Below are positions 24,683 to 32,000 of a stretch of DNA of 32,000 bases, piece after piece. The notes beneath the pieces are model-generated. The model saw nothing but the letters and a program-made list of their open reading frames with translations, was not told where the DNA came from and ran no database searches. Made by a program: the position numbers and the translations under genes. Origin of the DNA: Pseudomonas aeruginosa (GTDB lineage: Bacteria > Pseudomonadota > Gammaproteobacteria > Pseudomonadales > Pseudomonadaceae); assembly GCF_001457615.1 (NCBI RefSeq), contig NZ_LN831024.1:4170001-4202000 (forward strand). Reading direction: 5' to 3'. Numbering within the stretch: the first letter of the stretch is position 1; every line of letters begins with the position of its first letter.

Positions 24683-26161
24683 ATGAGCAGCCTCCCCGTA
24701 CCCGTATCGCTCGACAGCACCCTCCGCCATCTCGGCAGCGCCGACCCGCGGCGGCCGTTCCTGATCGACGCCCGCGAGCCGGAGCGACCGCTGGAATACA
24801 CCTGGGGCGACGCCGACCGCCAGGTCGATGCCCTCGCCGAGCAGATCGCCGCGCATGCCTGCCGCAGTGTCGGCGTGCTGCTCGACAACAGCTACCGCAA
24901 CCTCTGCCTGATCTATGCGGTCATGCGCGCGGGCAAGCATCTGGTGCTGATCGATCCCGAGTGGGGGGAGGCCGCGAAGCAGGCCATCGTCGACGAGATG
25001 CGCCTGGACGCGCTGGCCAGCGAACATCCGCTCAAGGGCGCGCTGGCCGGGCTGCGCCTGGCGCTGGACTTCGAGCGCAGCGCGACGCGCCGGCTCGACC
25101 GCGCCGCGCACAGCCACATGATCCTGTTCACCTCGGGCACCACCGGCCAGCCGAAAGGCATCGAACTCAGCCAGCAGGCCATGCTCCATGCCTACCGCAT
25201 CGGCCGCGACTGCCTGGGCATCGGCGAGCACACGCGCTCCGGTTGCTTCTACCGGATCAGCGGCCTGGGCATCCTCGGCATCAATTTCCTCTTCCCGCTG
25301 CTGTACGGCGGCAGCGCGGTGCTCCTGCCGCTGCACTGCTGGGCCGACAGCGAAGGCTTCTGGGAATGCGTGGAACGCTTCGGCATCAGTTTCCTCTACC
25401 TGGTGCCGCCGGTGGTCAACCACATGGTCAAGGAAGGCTCCCCGCCGCCGCGCCGCTTGCCGTTGCAGCGCCTGCTCTGCGTCGCCGGCTCGGCGCGCCT
25501 GGACGCCGACCTGCAGGCGGCCTTCCAGCGCGACTACGCGGCGCTGGCGAACATCTACGGCCTCAGCGAGTGCGGCTTCGCCTTCCTCTTCGGCAAGCGT
25601 CGCGGCGATGCGTTCGACAACTCGGTGGGACCTGCCATCGGCCTGGAACTCAAGCTGACCGACCCCGACGGCCGCCCGCTGGAGGGCAGCGGCGAACGCG
25701 GGCGCCTGTGGGTGCGCACGCCGAGCCTGTTCTCCGGCTACGTCAACCGCCCCGACCTGACCGCCCAGGTGCTCGAGGACGGCTGGCTGAACACCCAGGA
25801 CCTCGCCTACTTCGACGAGGACCGCTGCGTGCACGTCCTCGGCCGTTGCGACGGCACCATCAACAAGGGCGGCAACCTGTTCCACCTGAATGAATGCGAA
25901 AGGGCGCTCAACGGCCTGGACGAGGTGATCGACGTCTGCTGCCTGAAGGTCGACTGCCCGCTCTATGGCGAAGACTATGTCGCCGTGATCCACACCGCGC
26001 CGCAGGTCGAGTTCGCCTTCCTGCCCTGGCTCCAGCAGCAGCTCGGCACCCTCCGCGCGCCACAGCGCGTGGTGCTGTCGCACCAGGCCCTGCCGCTGAA
26101 CGGCGCCGGCAAGCACGACCGCCGTGCGCTCGCCGCCCTGCTGCAACGGGAAGCCTCGTGA
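24683..26161 (+). CDS. ANL-superfamily AMP-dependent synthetase/ligase (492 aa)
   Basis: ORF track 24683..26161. GAGGAG SD in the 9-nt gap upstream. Motifs FTSGTTGQPKGI, YGLSECG, WLNTQDLAYFD and NGAGKHDRRAL. No fused carrier domain. Confidence 0.9.
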   Translation: MSSLPVPVSLDSTLRHLGSADPRRPFLIDAREPERPLEYTWGDADRQVDALAEQIAAHACRSVGVLLDNSYRNLCLIYAVMRAGKHLVLIDPEWGEAAKQAIVDEMRLDALASEHPLKGALAGLRLALDFERSATRRLDRAAHSHMILFTSGTTGQPKGIELSQQAMLHAYRIGRDCLGIGEHTRSGCFYRISGLGILGINFLFPLLYGGSAVLLPLHCWADSEGFWECVERFGISFLYLVPPVVNHMVKEGSPPPRRLPLQRLLCVAGSARLDADLQAAFQRDYAALANIYGLSECGFAFLFGKRRGDAFDNSVGPAIGLELKLTDPDGRPLEGSGERGRLWVRTPSLFSGYVNRPDLTAQVLEDGWLNTQDLAYFDEDRCVHVLGRCDGTINKGGNLFHLNECERALNGLDEVIDVCCLKVDCPLYGEDYVAVIHTAPQVEFAFLPWLQQQLGTLRAPQRVVLSHQALPLNGAGKHDRRALAALLQREAS

Positions 26162-27759
26162 TGTGCGGCATCCTCGGTTACGTCGGCACCGGTTTCAGTG
26201 TCTCGCGCTTCGCCGGAGCGCTACGCCTGCTGGCCCATCGCGGCCCGTTCGGCGAGGGCATCGCGGCCCTGCCGAACGGCGCCATCGGCATGACCCGCCT
26301 GCCGATGTCCGGCGCCGCGGCGGTACCGCTGCCGCCGCAGGAGGGCCAGCGGCGGGTCGCCTACAACGGCGAGGTCTACCAGGCCGGCTGCGAAATCCAT
26401 GGCGAGATCCGCCTGCTGCTCGACGGCTTGCAGCGCGGGGTACTGCCGGACGGCATGTACGCCCTCGCCAGCTGGGACCCGCAGACCCGGCAATTGACCC
26501 TGCTGCGCGACGAGTTCGGCATCAAGCCGCTGTACTACAGCTACCAGCCCGAGCGCGGCCTGCTGGCCTTCGCCTCCGAGCCGCGGGCGCTGCTGCACCT
26601 GCTCGGCGGCGCCCGCGCCGACGCCGAGGCGATCGCCCAGGTGGTCGCCGCCGGCGTGCCGCTGGAAGGCCAGACCCTGTTCCAGCAGGTCCGTCTGCTG
26701 CTGCCCGGCGAGGTGTTGCGCTTCGATCTCTCCCAGGAGCGTCCGCGCCTCTGCCAGCGCCAGCGGCTGGCCACCGCCCCGGCCAGCGAGGTGGACAGCC
26801 TCGACGAGCAGCTCGGCGAAACCCTCGAACGCTGCCGCCAGACCTTCCGCCCCTGCGCCCTGCTGGTCAGCGGCGGGGTCGATTCCAACCTGCTCGGCAG
26901 CTACCTGGACCCGCAGTTGCAACGCTTTCACCTGTGCCTGGAAGGCGACGAGGAAAGCCTGCTGCCACACCCTCGGCTGCAACGCTTCGAGCTGCGCCAG
27001 GAAGCCTTCATGCCGCTGCTGCGTCGCGCGGTCGGCAACTTCGGCGGGGCGACACGGATGTCCAGCCTGCTGATGTACCAGCGCCTGGCCGACGGTATCG
27101 GCGAGCAGGGCTATCACTGCGTGCTTCTCGGCGAAGGCGCCGACGAACTGTTCTGGGGCTACCCGCGCCATCTCGAACTCTGGCGCCGGCGCGACGCACC
27201 GGAACCGCGGCGCTTCGCCGCCGCCTGGTTCGGCGAGTACCGGCGCAAGGCCGCGCTGCTGGCGGAACCGGCGGGCCGACGGGTCGCCGAGCGGATCGAG
27301 GAACTCGCCCACGAGGCCCTCGGCCAGGGCCTCGAGGCGGCGATCGGCCAGTTCGACCTGCACTACTCGCTGGAGCCGCTGCTGCGCCGCGCCGACCATC
27401 TGCTGATGTCGCGCACCATCGAAGCGCGCACCCCCTACCTGCATGGCGCCCTGGCGCAGCGCGCCGGGCGCCTCCAGCGGATCGTCGGCGACACCGCCAA
27501 GGCACCGCTGGTGGCGCTCCTGGAGCAGCGCGAGAAACGCTGGCAGGCGCAGCCGAAACGGCATTTCCGCCTGCCGTTCGAACGTTGGCCGCAGGCCCTC
27601 GGGGAAATGCGCCGGCACCTCGCCGAACGCCTGCCGGCGCTCCACGACCTCGGCCTGGAAGGCCTGGATGCACCGAGCGTCGCGGCGCTGCCCGGCGACC
27701 AGTTGTTCACCCTCACCACCCTGTCGCTCTGGCAGCAGGAATACGGAGCCTCGCTATGA
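26161..27759 (+). CDS. Asparagine synthetase B-like glutamine-dependent amidotransferase (532 aa)
   Basis: Lies within ORF 25894..27759. ATG 26161 overlaps the upstream stop by 1 nt (TGATG). N-terminal nucleophile MCGILGY and PP-loop LLVSGGVDSNLL. Confidence 0.9.
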   Translation: MCGILGYVGTGFSVSRFAGALRLLAHRGPFGEGIAALPNGAIGMTRLPMSGAAAVPLPPQEGQRRVAYNGEVYQAGCEIHGEIRLLLDGLQRGVLPDGMYALASWDPQTRQLTLLRDEFGIKPLYYSYQPERGLLAFASEPRALLHLLGGARADAEAIAQVVAAGVPLEGQTLFQQVRLLLPGEVLRFDLSQERPRLCQRQRLATAPASEVDSLDEQLGETLERCRQTFRPCALLVSGGVDSNLLGSYLDPQLQRFHLCLEGDEESLLPHPRLQRFELRQEAFMPLLRRAVGNFGGATRMSSLLMYQRLADGIGEQGYHCVLLGEGADELFWGYPRHLELWRRRDAPEPRRFAAAWFGEYRRKAALLAEPAGRRVAERIEELAHEALGQGLEAAIGQFDLHYSLEPLLRRADHLLMSRTIEARTPYLHGALAQRAGRLQRIVGDTAKAPLVALLEQREKRWQAQPKRHFRLPFERWPQALGEMRRHLAERLPALHDLGLEGLDAPSVAALPGDQLFTLTTLSLWQQEYGASL

Positions 27760-28715
27760 CAACCATCCATCGTCGCCCCGCGCCCTGGCGGGGCAACGCG
27801 GTGTTCTGCGCTTCGGCCGCTTTCGCCGCCGGCCTGGAAACGCTGTTCGCGCGCCTGCTGGAGCGGCGTCCCGCGGATAGCGCGGAGGCTCTCCTGCGCC
27901 AGCGCCTGCATCACGAACTGGAGCATGGAAGCGGCGTGCTGCTGCACGATTCCGCGCTGCTGCGCGGACTCGCCGAGGACGAATTCCAGCGGGTGTTCCG
28001 CGCATTCTGCCAATGGCTGGGACGCACCGTGGCGATCAACCGCAACGGCGAGTACCTCAAGGAAGTGCGCGACCTCGGCCTGCGCGACGCCCGCGACGCG
28101 CCGCAGCGCGGCCACCTGACCAGCCAGGAACTGGCCTTCCACTCCGATCGCGCCGACCTCACGGTGCTCGCCTGCTGGTCGCCGGCACGCCGGGGCGGCG
28201 CCTTCCGCATCCGTTCCTCGGCCGACGTCCTCGCCACCCTGGAAGCCGCCAATCCGGCCTGGCTGCCCCTGCTCGGCCAGCCGATCCCCCACGACCTGCG
28301 CGACGAAGGCGACGCCGACTACGCGCTGGTGCCGCTGCTCACGGAAACCCCGCGGACCTTCGTCTTGCGCTATATCCGCAAGTTCAACGAATCGGTGACG
28401 CGCCACGGGCTAAGCCTCGCCCCGCAGGTGCGAAGCATGCTCGACGGCCTGGACGAGGCGATCGAACGCGCCGACGGCTATGCCGAACTGGACTTCAGCA
28501 AGGGCATGCTGGTGCTGGTGAACAACCACACCACCCTGCACGCGCGCACCGAGTTCAGCGACGACGAGCGGCAGCGCCGCTGCCTGCTGCGCTGCTGGCT
28601 GAGCAGCGAGTTCACCCGCGAACTGCCGGAAAGCTTCCTGCCGCTGTTCCACCAGGTAGCCGCCGGCAGCCTGCGCGGCGGCATCCGTCCCCTCGCCCAG
28701 GAGCCCCGCCCGTGA
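27756..28715 (+). CDS. TauD/TfdA (clavaminate-synthase-like) Fe(II)/2-oxoglutarate dioxygenase (319 aa)
   Basis: Lies within ORF 26124..28715. ATG 27756 overlaps the upstream stop (ATGA). HxD motif LAFHSDRAD, distal His in NNHTTLHARTEF, and a downstream Arg (RRCLLRCW). Confidence 0.8.
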   Translation: MTTIHRRPAPWRGNAVFCASAAFAAGLETLFARLLERRPADSAEALLRQRLHHELEHGSGVLLHDSALLRGLAEDEFQRVFRAFCQWLGRTVAINRNGEYLKEVRDLGLRDARDAPQRGHLTSQELAFHSDRADLTVLACWSPARRGGAFRIRSSADVLATLEAANPAWLPLLGQPIPHDLRDEGDADYALVPLLTETPRTFVLRYIRKFNESVTRHGLSLAPQVRSMLDGLDEAIERADGYAELDFSKGMLVLVNNHTTLHARTEFSDDERQRRCLLRCWLSSEFTRELPESFLPLFHQVAAGSLRGGIRPLAQEPRP

Positions 28716-29941
28716 GCGACAACACCTTCAGCGTGCAACGCTTCCGCGCCCTGCCGACGGAAATCCACGTGATGCTCGTCGGTACGCTGCTGACCCGCGG
28801 CGCCTACTTCATGGTCTGGCCGTTCCTGGCATTGCTGCTGTGGCGCGAGTTCCGGCTGTCCGCCAGCGCCATCGGCCTGCTGCTGGCGCTGGCGACCGTC
28901 TGCGGCGCGCTCAGCGGCATCTACACCGGCTGGCTGTCGGACCGTTTCGGGCGCAAGCGCCTGATCTTCTTCGGCACCAGCCTCAGCGGGCTTTCCTTCG
29001 TGTTGCTGGGCTTCAGCGGCCAGCCGCTGTCCTACGGACTGGCGATCTCCGGGGTGAGCATCGGCTGCGCCCTGCTCGAATCCAGTTGCAAGGCGCTGAT
29101 CGGCGACCGCGTCGAGGATCGCCGCTCGCGGGAACTGGCGCTCTACTGCCGGTACTTCCTGATCAACCTCGGCGCCGCCCTCGGCCCGCTGATCGGCCTG
29201 ACTCTCGGCGTCGCCGCCCAGGCCGGCACCTTCCTGGTCACCGCGCTGGTCTACTTCTGCTACGGCCTGCTGCTCTGGCGCCTGCTGCACCACCTCGAAC
29301 TTAAGCGGCGCAGCCTTGCCCCGCGATCCTCGACGGGGTTCCTCGAAGCCTGCCTGAGCATGGCCCGGCATCGCGCCTTCACCCTGCTGTTGCTGTGCAA
29401 CATGCTGGCCGCGCTGATCTACGCCACCTTCGATTCGACCCTCGTGCAGTACCTCACCCGCAGCGGTCTGCCCGACGTGGTCAACAGCATCGCCCTGCTG
29501 GTGACCATCAACGCGCTGACCATAGTGGTCGCCCAGTTTCCCCTCCTCCGCCTGCTGGAAAACACCGGCACCGGCGGCCGCCTGATGCTCGGCATGCTGC
29601 TCATGCTCCTGGCCCAGCTAGGCTTCGCCTGGACCCCGGTGACCCTGTTCGCCGGCCTGGCGCTGGCCACGGTGGTGCTCAGCCTCGGCGAACTGATCGT
29701 GTTCCCGACCTTCAGCGTGGAGGTCGACCAACTGACCCCCGACGACTTGCGCGGCAGCTATTTCGGCGCGGCCAATCTCTACAGCCTCGGCACCGCGCTG
29801 GCACCGCTGTACGGCGGGATCATGCTCGACCATGCCGGCAGCCAGGCGCTGTACCTCGGCCTGGCCGCGCTGTGCGGGGTGATCATGCTGCTGCAGGTCG
29901 GCGCGGTCGGCCTGCGCCAGGCCGAGCGGGCCGGCGGATGA
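28712..29941 (+). CDS. MFS transporter, probable exporter of the pathway product (409 aa)
   Basis: Lies within ORF 28013..29941. GTG 28712 overlaps the upstream stop (GTGA). About 12 hydrophobic segments. MFS loop motif GWLSDRFGRKRLI. Confidence 0.85.
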   Translation: MSDNTFSVQRFRALPTEIHVMLVGTLLTRGAYFMVWPFLALLLWREFRLSASAIGLLLALATVCGALSGIYTGWLSDRFGRKRLIFFGTSLSGLSFVLLGFSGQPLSYGLAISGVSIGCALLESSCKALIGDRVEDRRSRELALYCRYFLINLGAALGPLIGLTLGVAAQAGTFLVTALVYFCYGLLLWRLLHHLELKRRSLAPRSSTGFLEACLSMARHRAFTLLLLCNMLAALIYATFDSTLVQYLTRSGLPDVVNSIALLVTINALTIVVAQFPLLRLLENTGTGGRLMLGMLLMLLAQLGFAWTPVTLFAGLALATVVLSLGELIVFPTFSVEVDQLTPDDLRGSYFGAANLYSLGTALAPLYGGIMLDHAGSQALYLGLAALCGVIMLLQVGAVGLRQAERAGG

Positions 29942-30573
29942 GCGGCGCGCTGCTGGTCTCGGGATTTTTCCTGCGCCGCTCCGCCTGGTCCGTGGAAGGC
30001 GCCGGCTGGCGAAGCTGCGACCATCTGCGCGACGCGCCCGGATGCGACCTGGCGCATTGGCTGGACCAGGCCGCCGCCACGCTGGCCGGCGAGGAGCGGG
30101 TGATACTCTGCGGCCACAGCTTCGGCGGCTACCTGGCGCAATGCCTGGCGGCCCGCCTGGGCGAGCGCGCCGCGCACCTGTACCTGTTCAGCGCGCTGGT
30201 CAGCGAGGGCGGCGGCGCGCTGGAAAGCTACCAGGACAGCGGCCAGGACAATCTCCTCGGGCTATGCCGCCTCGACCCGCTCGGAGGGCGGGTCCGCCTG
30301 GAAGACCGCGCCGGCTTCCTCGAACTGCTCGGCGCCGAGGTGCCGACCAGCGCCAGCGAACCCGCGCAATTGCTGATCGACTCGCCGCGGCAGGTTCGTC
30401 CAGCCTGCCCGGTCACCTACGTTGTGGCGGCCGCCGACCGGCTCAGCCCGCCGCCGCTGCAACGTACCTTCGCCCACCGCCTGGACGCGCGAGTGCGGGA
30501 ATACCCGGGCGGGCACCTCGCCGCACTGGCGGACCCGCGCTTCCTTCGCGCCCTTATCGAATCTAATAATTAG
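29938..30573 (+). CDS. Alpha/beta-fold hydrolase (211 aa), last gene of the operon
   Basis: Lies within ORF 29395..30573. ATG 29938 overlaps the upstream stop (ATGA). GHSFGG nucleophile elbow. The C-terminal codons become AT-rich (gaa tct aat aat tag). Confidence 0.7.
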   Translation: MSGALLVSGFFLRRSAWSVEGAGWRSCDHLRDAPGCDLAHWLDQAAATLAGEERVILCGHSFGGYLAQCLAARLGERAAHLYLFSALVSEGGGALESYQDSGQDNLLGLCRLDPLGGRVRLEDRAGFLELLGAEVPTSASEPAQLLIDSPRQVRPACPVTYVVAAADRLSPPPLQRTFAHRLDARVREYPGGHLAALADPRFLRALIESNN

Positions 30574-30691
30574 ATAGATAAAGCCAAAAATACGCGCTTT
30601 TTTATCGCAATGATCTGACGGATGATGACCCCATCAACCGCCCGCCCCCCTCGCGCAAACGAGCGGCGACGGGCCCAATGGAGATCCGATC

Positions 30692-31390
30692 ATGATCGAA
30701 CGTCGTCCCTTCGACCGTCTGGGCCATGCCAACCACGGCTGGCTGAACGCGCGTCATCATTTTTCCTTCGCCGACTACTATGATCCGGAGCGCGAGGACT
30801 GGGGCCGCCTGCGGGTCTGGAACGATGACGAGATCGCCGCCGGCAGCGGCTTCCCGCCGCACCCGCACCGCGACATGGAGATCATTACCTATGTCCGCGA
30901 AGGCGCGATCACCCACCAGGACAGCCTGGGCAACAAGGGCCGCACCGAGGCCGGTGACGTGCAGGTGATGAGCGCCGGTACCGGCATCGTCCATTCGGAG
31001 TACAACCTGGAAGCCGAGACCACCCGGATCTTCCAGATCTGGATCATCCCGGACCGCCGCGGCGACCAACCGCGCTGGGGCTCCAAACCGTTCCCGAAGG
31101 CCGAGCGCGACGGTCGTTTCGTCACTCTCGCCAGCGGCGACGAGCAGGACAGCGAAGCGCTGCACATCCGCGCCGACGCCGAGGTCGCCGCGGTGACCCT
31201 GAAGGCCGGCCAGAGCGCCGAGTACGCCCTGGAAAACGGTCGCCGCGCCTACCTGGTGCCGGCCACCGGCAGCATCGAGGTCAACGGCGTGCGCGCCGAG
31301 GCCCGCGATGGCCTGGCGGTACGCGACGAACCGACCCTGAAGGTCACCGCCCTGGAAGACAGCGAAGTGCTGCTGGTGGAAGTGGCCTGA
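30692..31390 (+). CDS. Pirin-family (bicupin) protein (232 aa)
   Basis: ORF track 30692..31390. Pirin signatures GWLNARHHFSFADYYDP and GFPPHPHRDMEIITYVREG. Confidence 0.9.
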   Translation: MIERRPFDRLGHANHGWLNARHHFSFADYYDPEREDWGRLRVWNDDEIAAGSGFPPHPHRDMEIITYVREGAITHQDSLGNKGRTEAGDVQVMSAGTGIVHSEYNLEAETTRIFQIWIIPDRRGDQPRWGSKPFPKAERDGRFVTLASGDEQDSEALHIRADAEVAAVTLKAGQSAEYALENGRRAYLVPATGSIEVNGVRAEARDGLAVRDEPTLKVTALEDSEVLLVEVA

Positions 31391-31395
31391 CCCGA

Positions 31396-31434
31396 CAGCC
31401 CCTCGCCCCCACGGGCGAGGGGCTGCTTTCGTTG
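31396..31434 (+). terminator. Rho-independent terminator after the pirin gene
   Basis: A perfect 13-bp GC-rich stem: CAGCCCCTCGCCC (31396-31408), loop CCAC, GGGCGAGGGGCTG (31413-31425), followed by CTTTCGTT. Confidence 0.7.
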
Positions 31435-31559
31435 CGCCCCAGCCTCTCTCGACGCAGCGGCGTTATCCGCCGCAACGCCTCCGGCCCTGCCGACTGGGTT
31501 CTTCCCAGCTTCACGCTTCGCGCTCACACTACCCGCAGAAGAATTCGAGAGGCTCCGCC

Positions 31560-32000
31560 ATGCGTGAACTGCAACCCCTGCTGGAGAACCACGGGCTGCT
31601 CCTGCTGTTCCTCAACGTGCTCTGCGAGCAGGCCGGGCTGCCGATCCCCGCCTACCCGGCGCTGATCGTCGCCGGCGCGCTGGCCATGCAGGGCGTCGGC
31701 GCGCCGCTGGGCGTGGTCCTGCTGGTGGTGGTGCTCGCCTGCCTGCTGGCGGACGTCGCCTGGTACCTGGCCGGACGCCGCTACGGCGGCTTCCTCCTGC
31801 GCAGCATCTGCAAGGTCTCGCTGTCCCAGGACAGTTGCATCCGCCAGAGCCAGAACATGTACCTGCGGGTCGGTCCGAGGGCGCTGCTGATGTCGAAGTT
31901 CCTGCCCGGCGCCAGTGCGTTGTCCACCACCCTGGCCGGCATGACCCGCACCCACCTGCGCCGCTTCCTCGCCTACGACGCCGCCGGCTCGGCACTCTGG
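31560..32000 (+). CDS. DedA/SNARE-associated family membrane protein, 5' fragment that runs off the window
   Basis: ATG 31560 follows GAGAGG. The frame stays open for 147 codons to the window end, so it is absent from the ORF track. MRELQPLLENHGLLLLFLNVLCEQAGLPIPAYPALIVAGAL...SKFLPGASALSTTLAG is typical of DedA. Confidence 0.8.
   Translation, partial: MRELQPLLENHGLLLLFLNVLCEQAGLPIPAYPALIVAGALAMQGVGAPLGVVLLVVVLACLLADVAWYLAGRRYGGFLLRSICKVSLSQDSCIRQSQNMYLRVGPRALLMSKFLPGASALSTTLAGMTRTHLRRFLAYDAAGSALW

Noticed and set aside
754-27645. Very long antisense or off-frame ORFs: 754..2373 -, the N-terminal part of 1473..4148 +, 2859..4301 -, 4006..5970 -, 15944..17221 -, 18274..19956 -, 19656..20933 -, 23897..26146 -, 26221..27645 -, 22487..24673 + and others.
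   Set aside because: These are the expected artefact of about 67% GC DNA, where stop codons are rare. Their translations are Arg/Ala/Gly/Pro-rich low-complexity strings. They lie opposite or out of frame to genes with clear family motifs and GC3-rich codon usage, and they have no SD or start context.
26161-27759. Interpreting the AsnB homologue as a beta-lactam synthetase.
   Set aside because: As I recall, beta-lactam and carbapenam synthetases have lost the N-terminal Cys glutaminase nucleophile. This protein retains MCGILG, so glutamine-dependent amidation is the more conservative call. The idea is kept only as an analogy in the findings.
30576-30606. Possible terminator (GATAAA...AAAAATACGCGCTTTTTTATC) after the operon.
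   Set aside because: Pairing would be almost entirely A-T with no stable GC stem, and the central GCGC cannot form a loop-closing stem. It is not a convincing intrinsic terminator.
30602-31165. 187-aa reverse-strand ORF opposite the pirin gene.
   Set aside because: The forward frame carries unmistakable pirin motifs and better codon bias, so the reverse ORF is an antisense shadow.
1-32000. Search by eye for CRISPR arrays, tRNA or rRNA genes, IS elements with terminal inverted repeats, integrases, toxin-antitoxin pairs or phage-defence modules.
   Set aside because: None found. There are no spaced direct-repeat arrays, no transposase-, integrase- or nuclease-like ORFs and no tRNA-like structures. 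All sizeable ORFs are accounted for by metabolic, transport, regulatory or biosynthetic families.

Overview
High-GC (about 65-70% by eye) Pseudomonas-type chromosomal window. I can support 29 protein-coding genes, of which two are truncated by the window edges, plus one apparently frameshifted small membrane-protein gene and one speculative leader sORF. I saw no rRNA, tRNA, CRISPR array, IS element or integrase. From memory, and not verifiable without a search, the gene order resembles P. aeruginosa PAO1 PA1240 down to PA1209 read in inverted orientation.

The left 17 kb is ordinary accessory-type housekeeping:
- a crotonase 3' end and an alpha/beta hydrolase
- a tripartite MFS efflux operon (OMF lipoprotein, EmrA-like, EmrB-like) with a convergent AraC regulator
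- a thioredoxin-like protein
- an AaeXAB-like aromatic-acid efflux operon carrying an extra coupled small secreted protein, with a divergent AraC regulator
- a TetR-kinase operon and a LysR gene, each divergent from one of two convergent flavodoxin-fold NAD(P)H quinone reductases
- mltA

The right 13 kb is the main point of interest. It is an 11-gene, roughly 12.6-kb operon (17968-30573) in which nearly every junction is a start/stop overlap. It encodes, in order:
- an A-PCP didomain NRPS
- a free-standing condensation domain
- a type II thioesterase
- a PhyH-type oxygenase with a carrier-protein-like tail
- an isopropylmalate-synthase-like aldolase fused to a cupin
- a methyltransferase
- an ANL ligase
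- an asparagine-synthase-like amidotransferase
- a TauD-like oxygenase
- an MFS exporter
- a hydrolase

The operon sits behind a 20-bp las/rhl-box-like dyad and a long, structured leader that starts AT-rich. I know of no assigned product for it. Pirin, a strong intrinsic terminator and a truncated DedA gene close the window.
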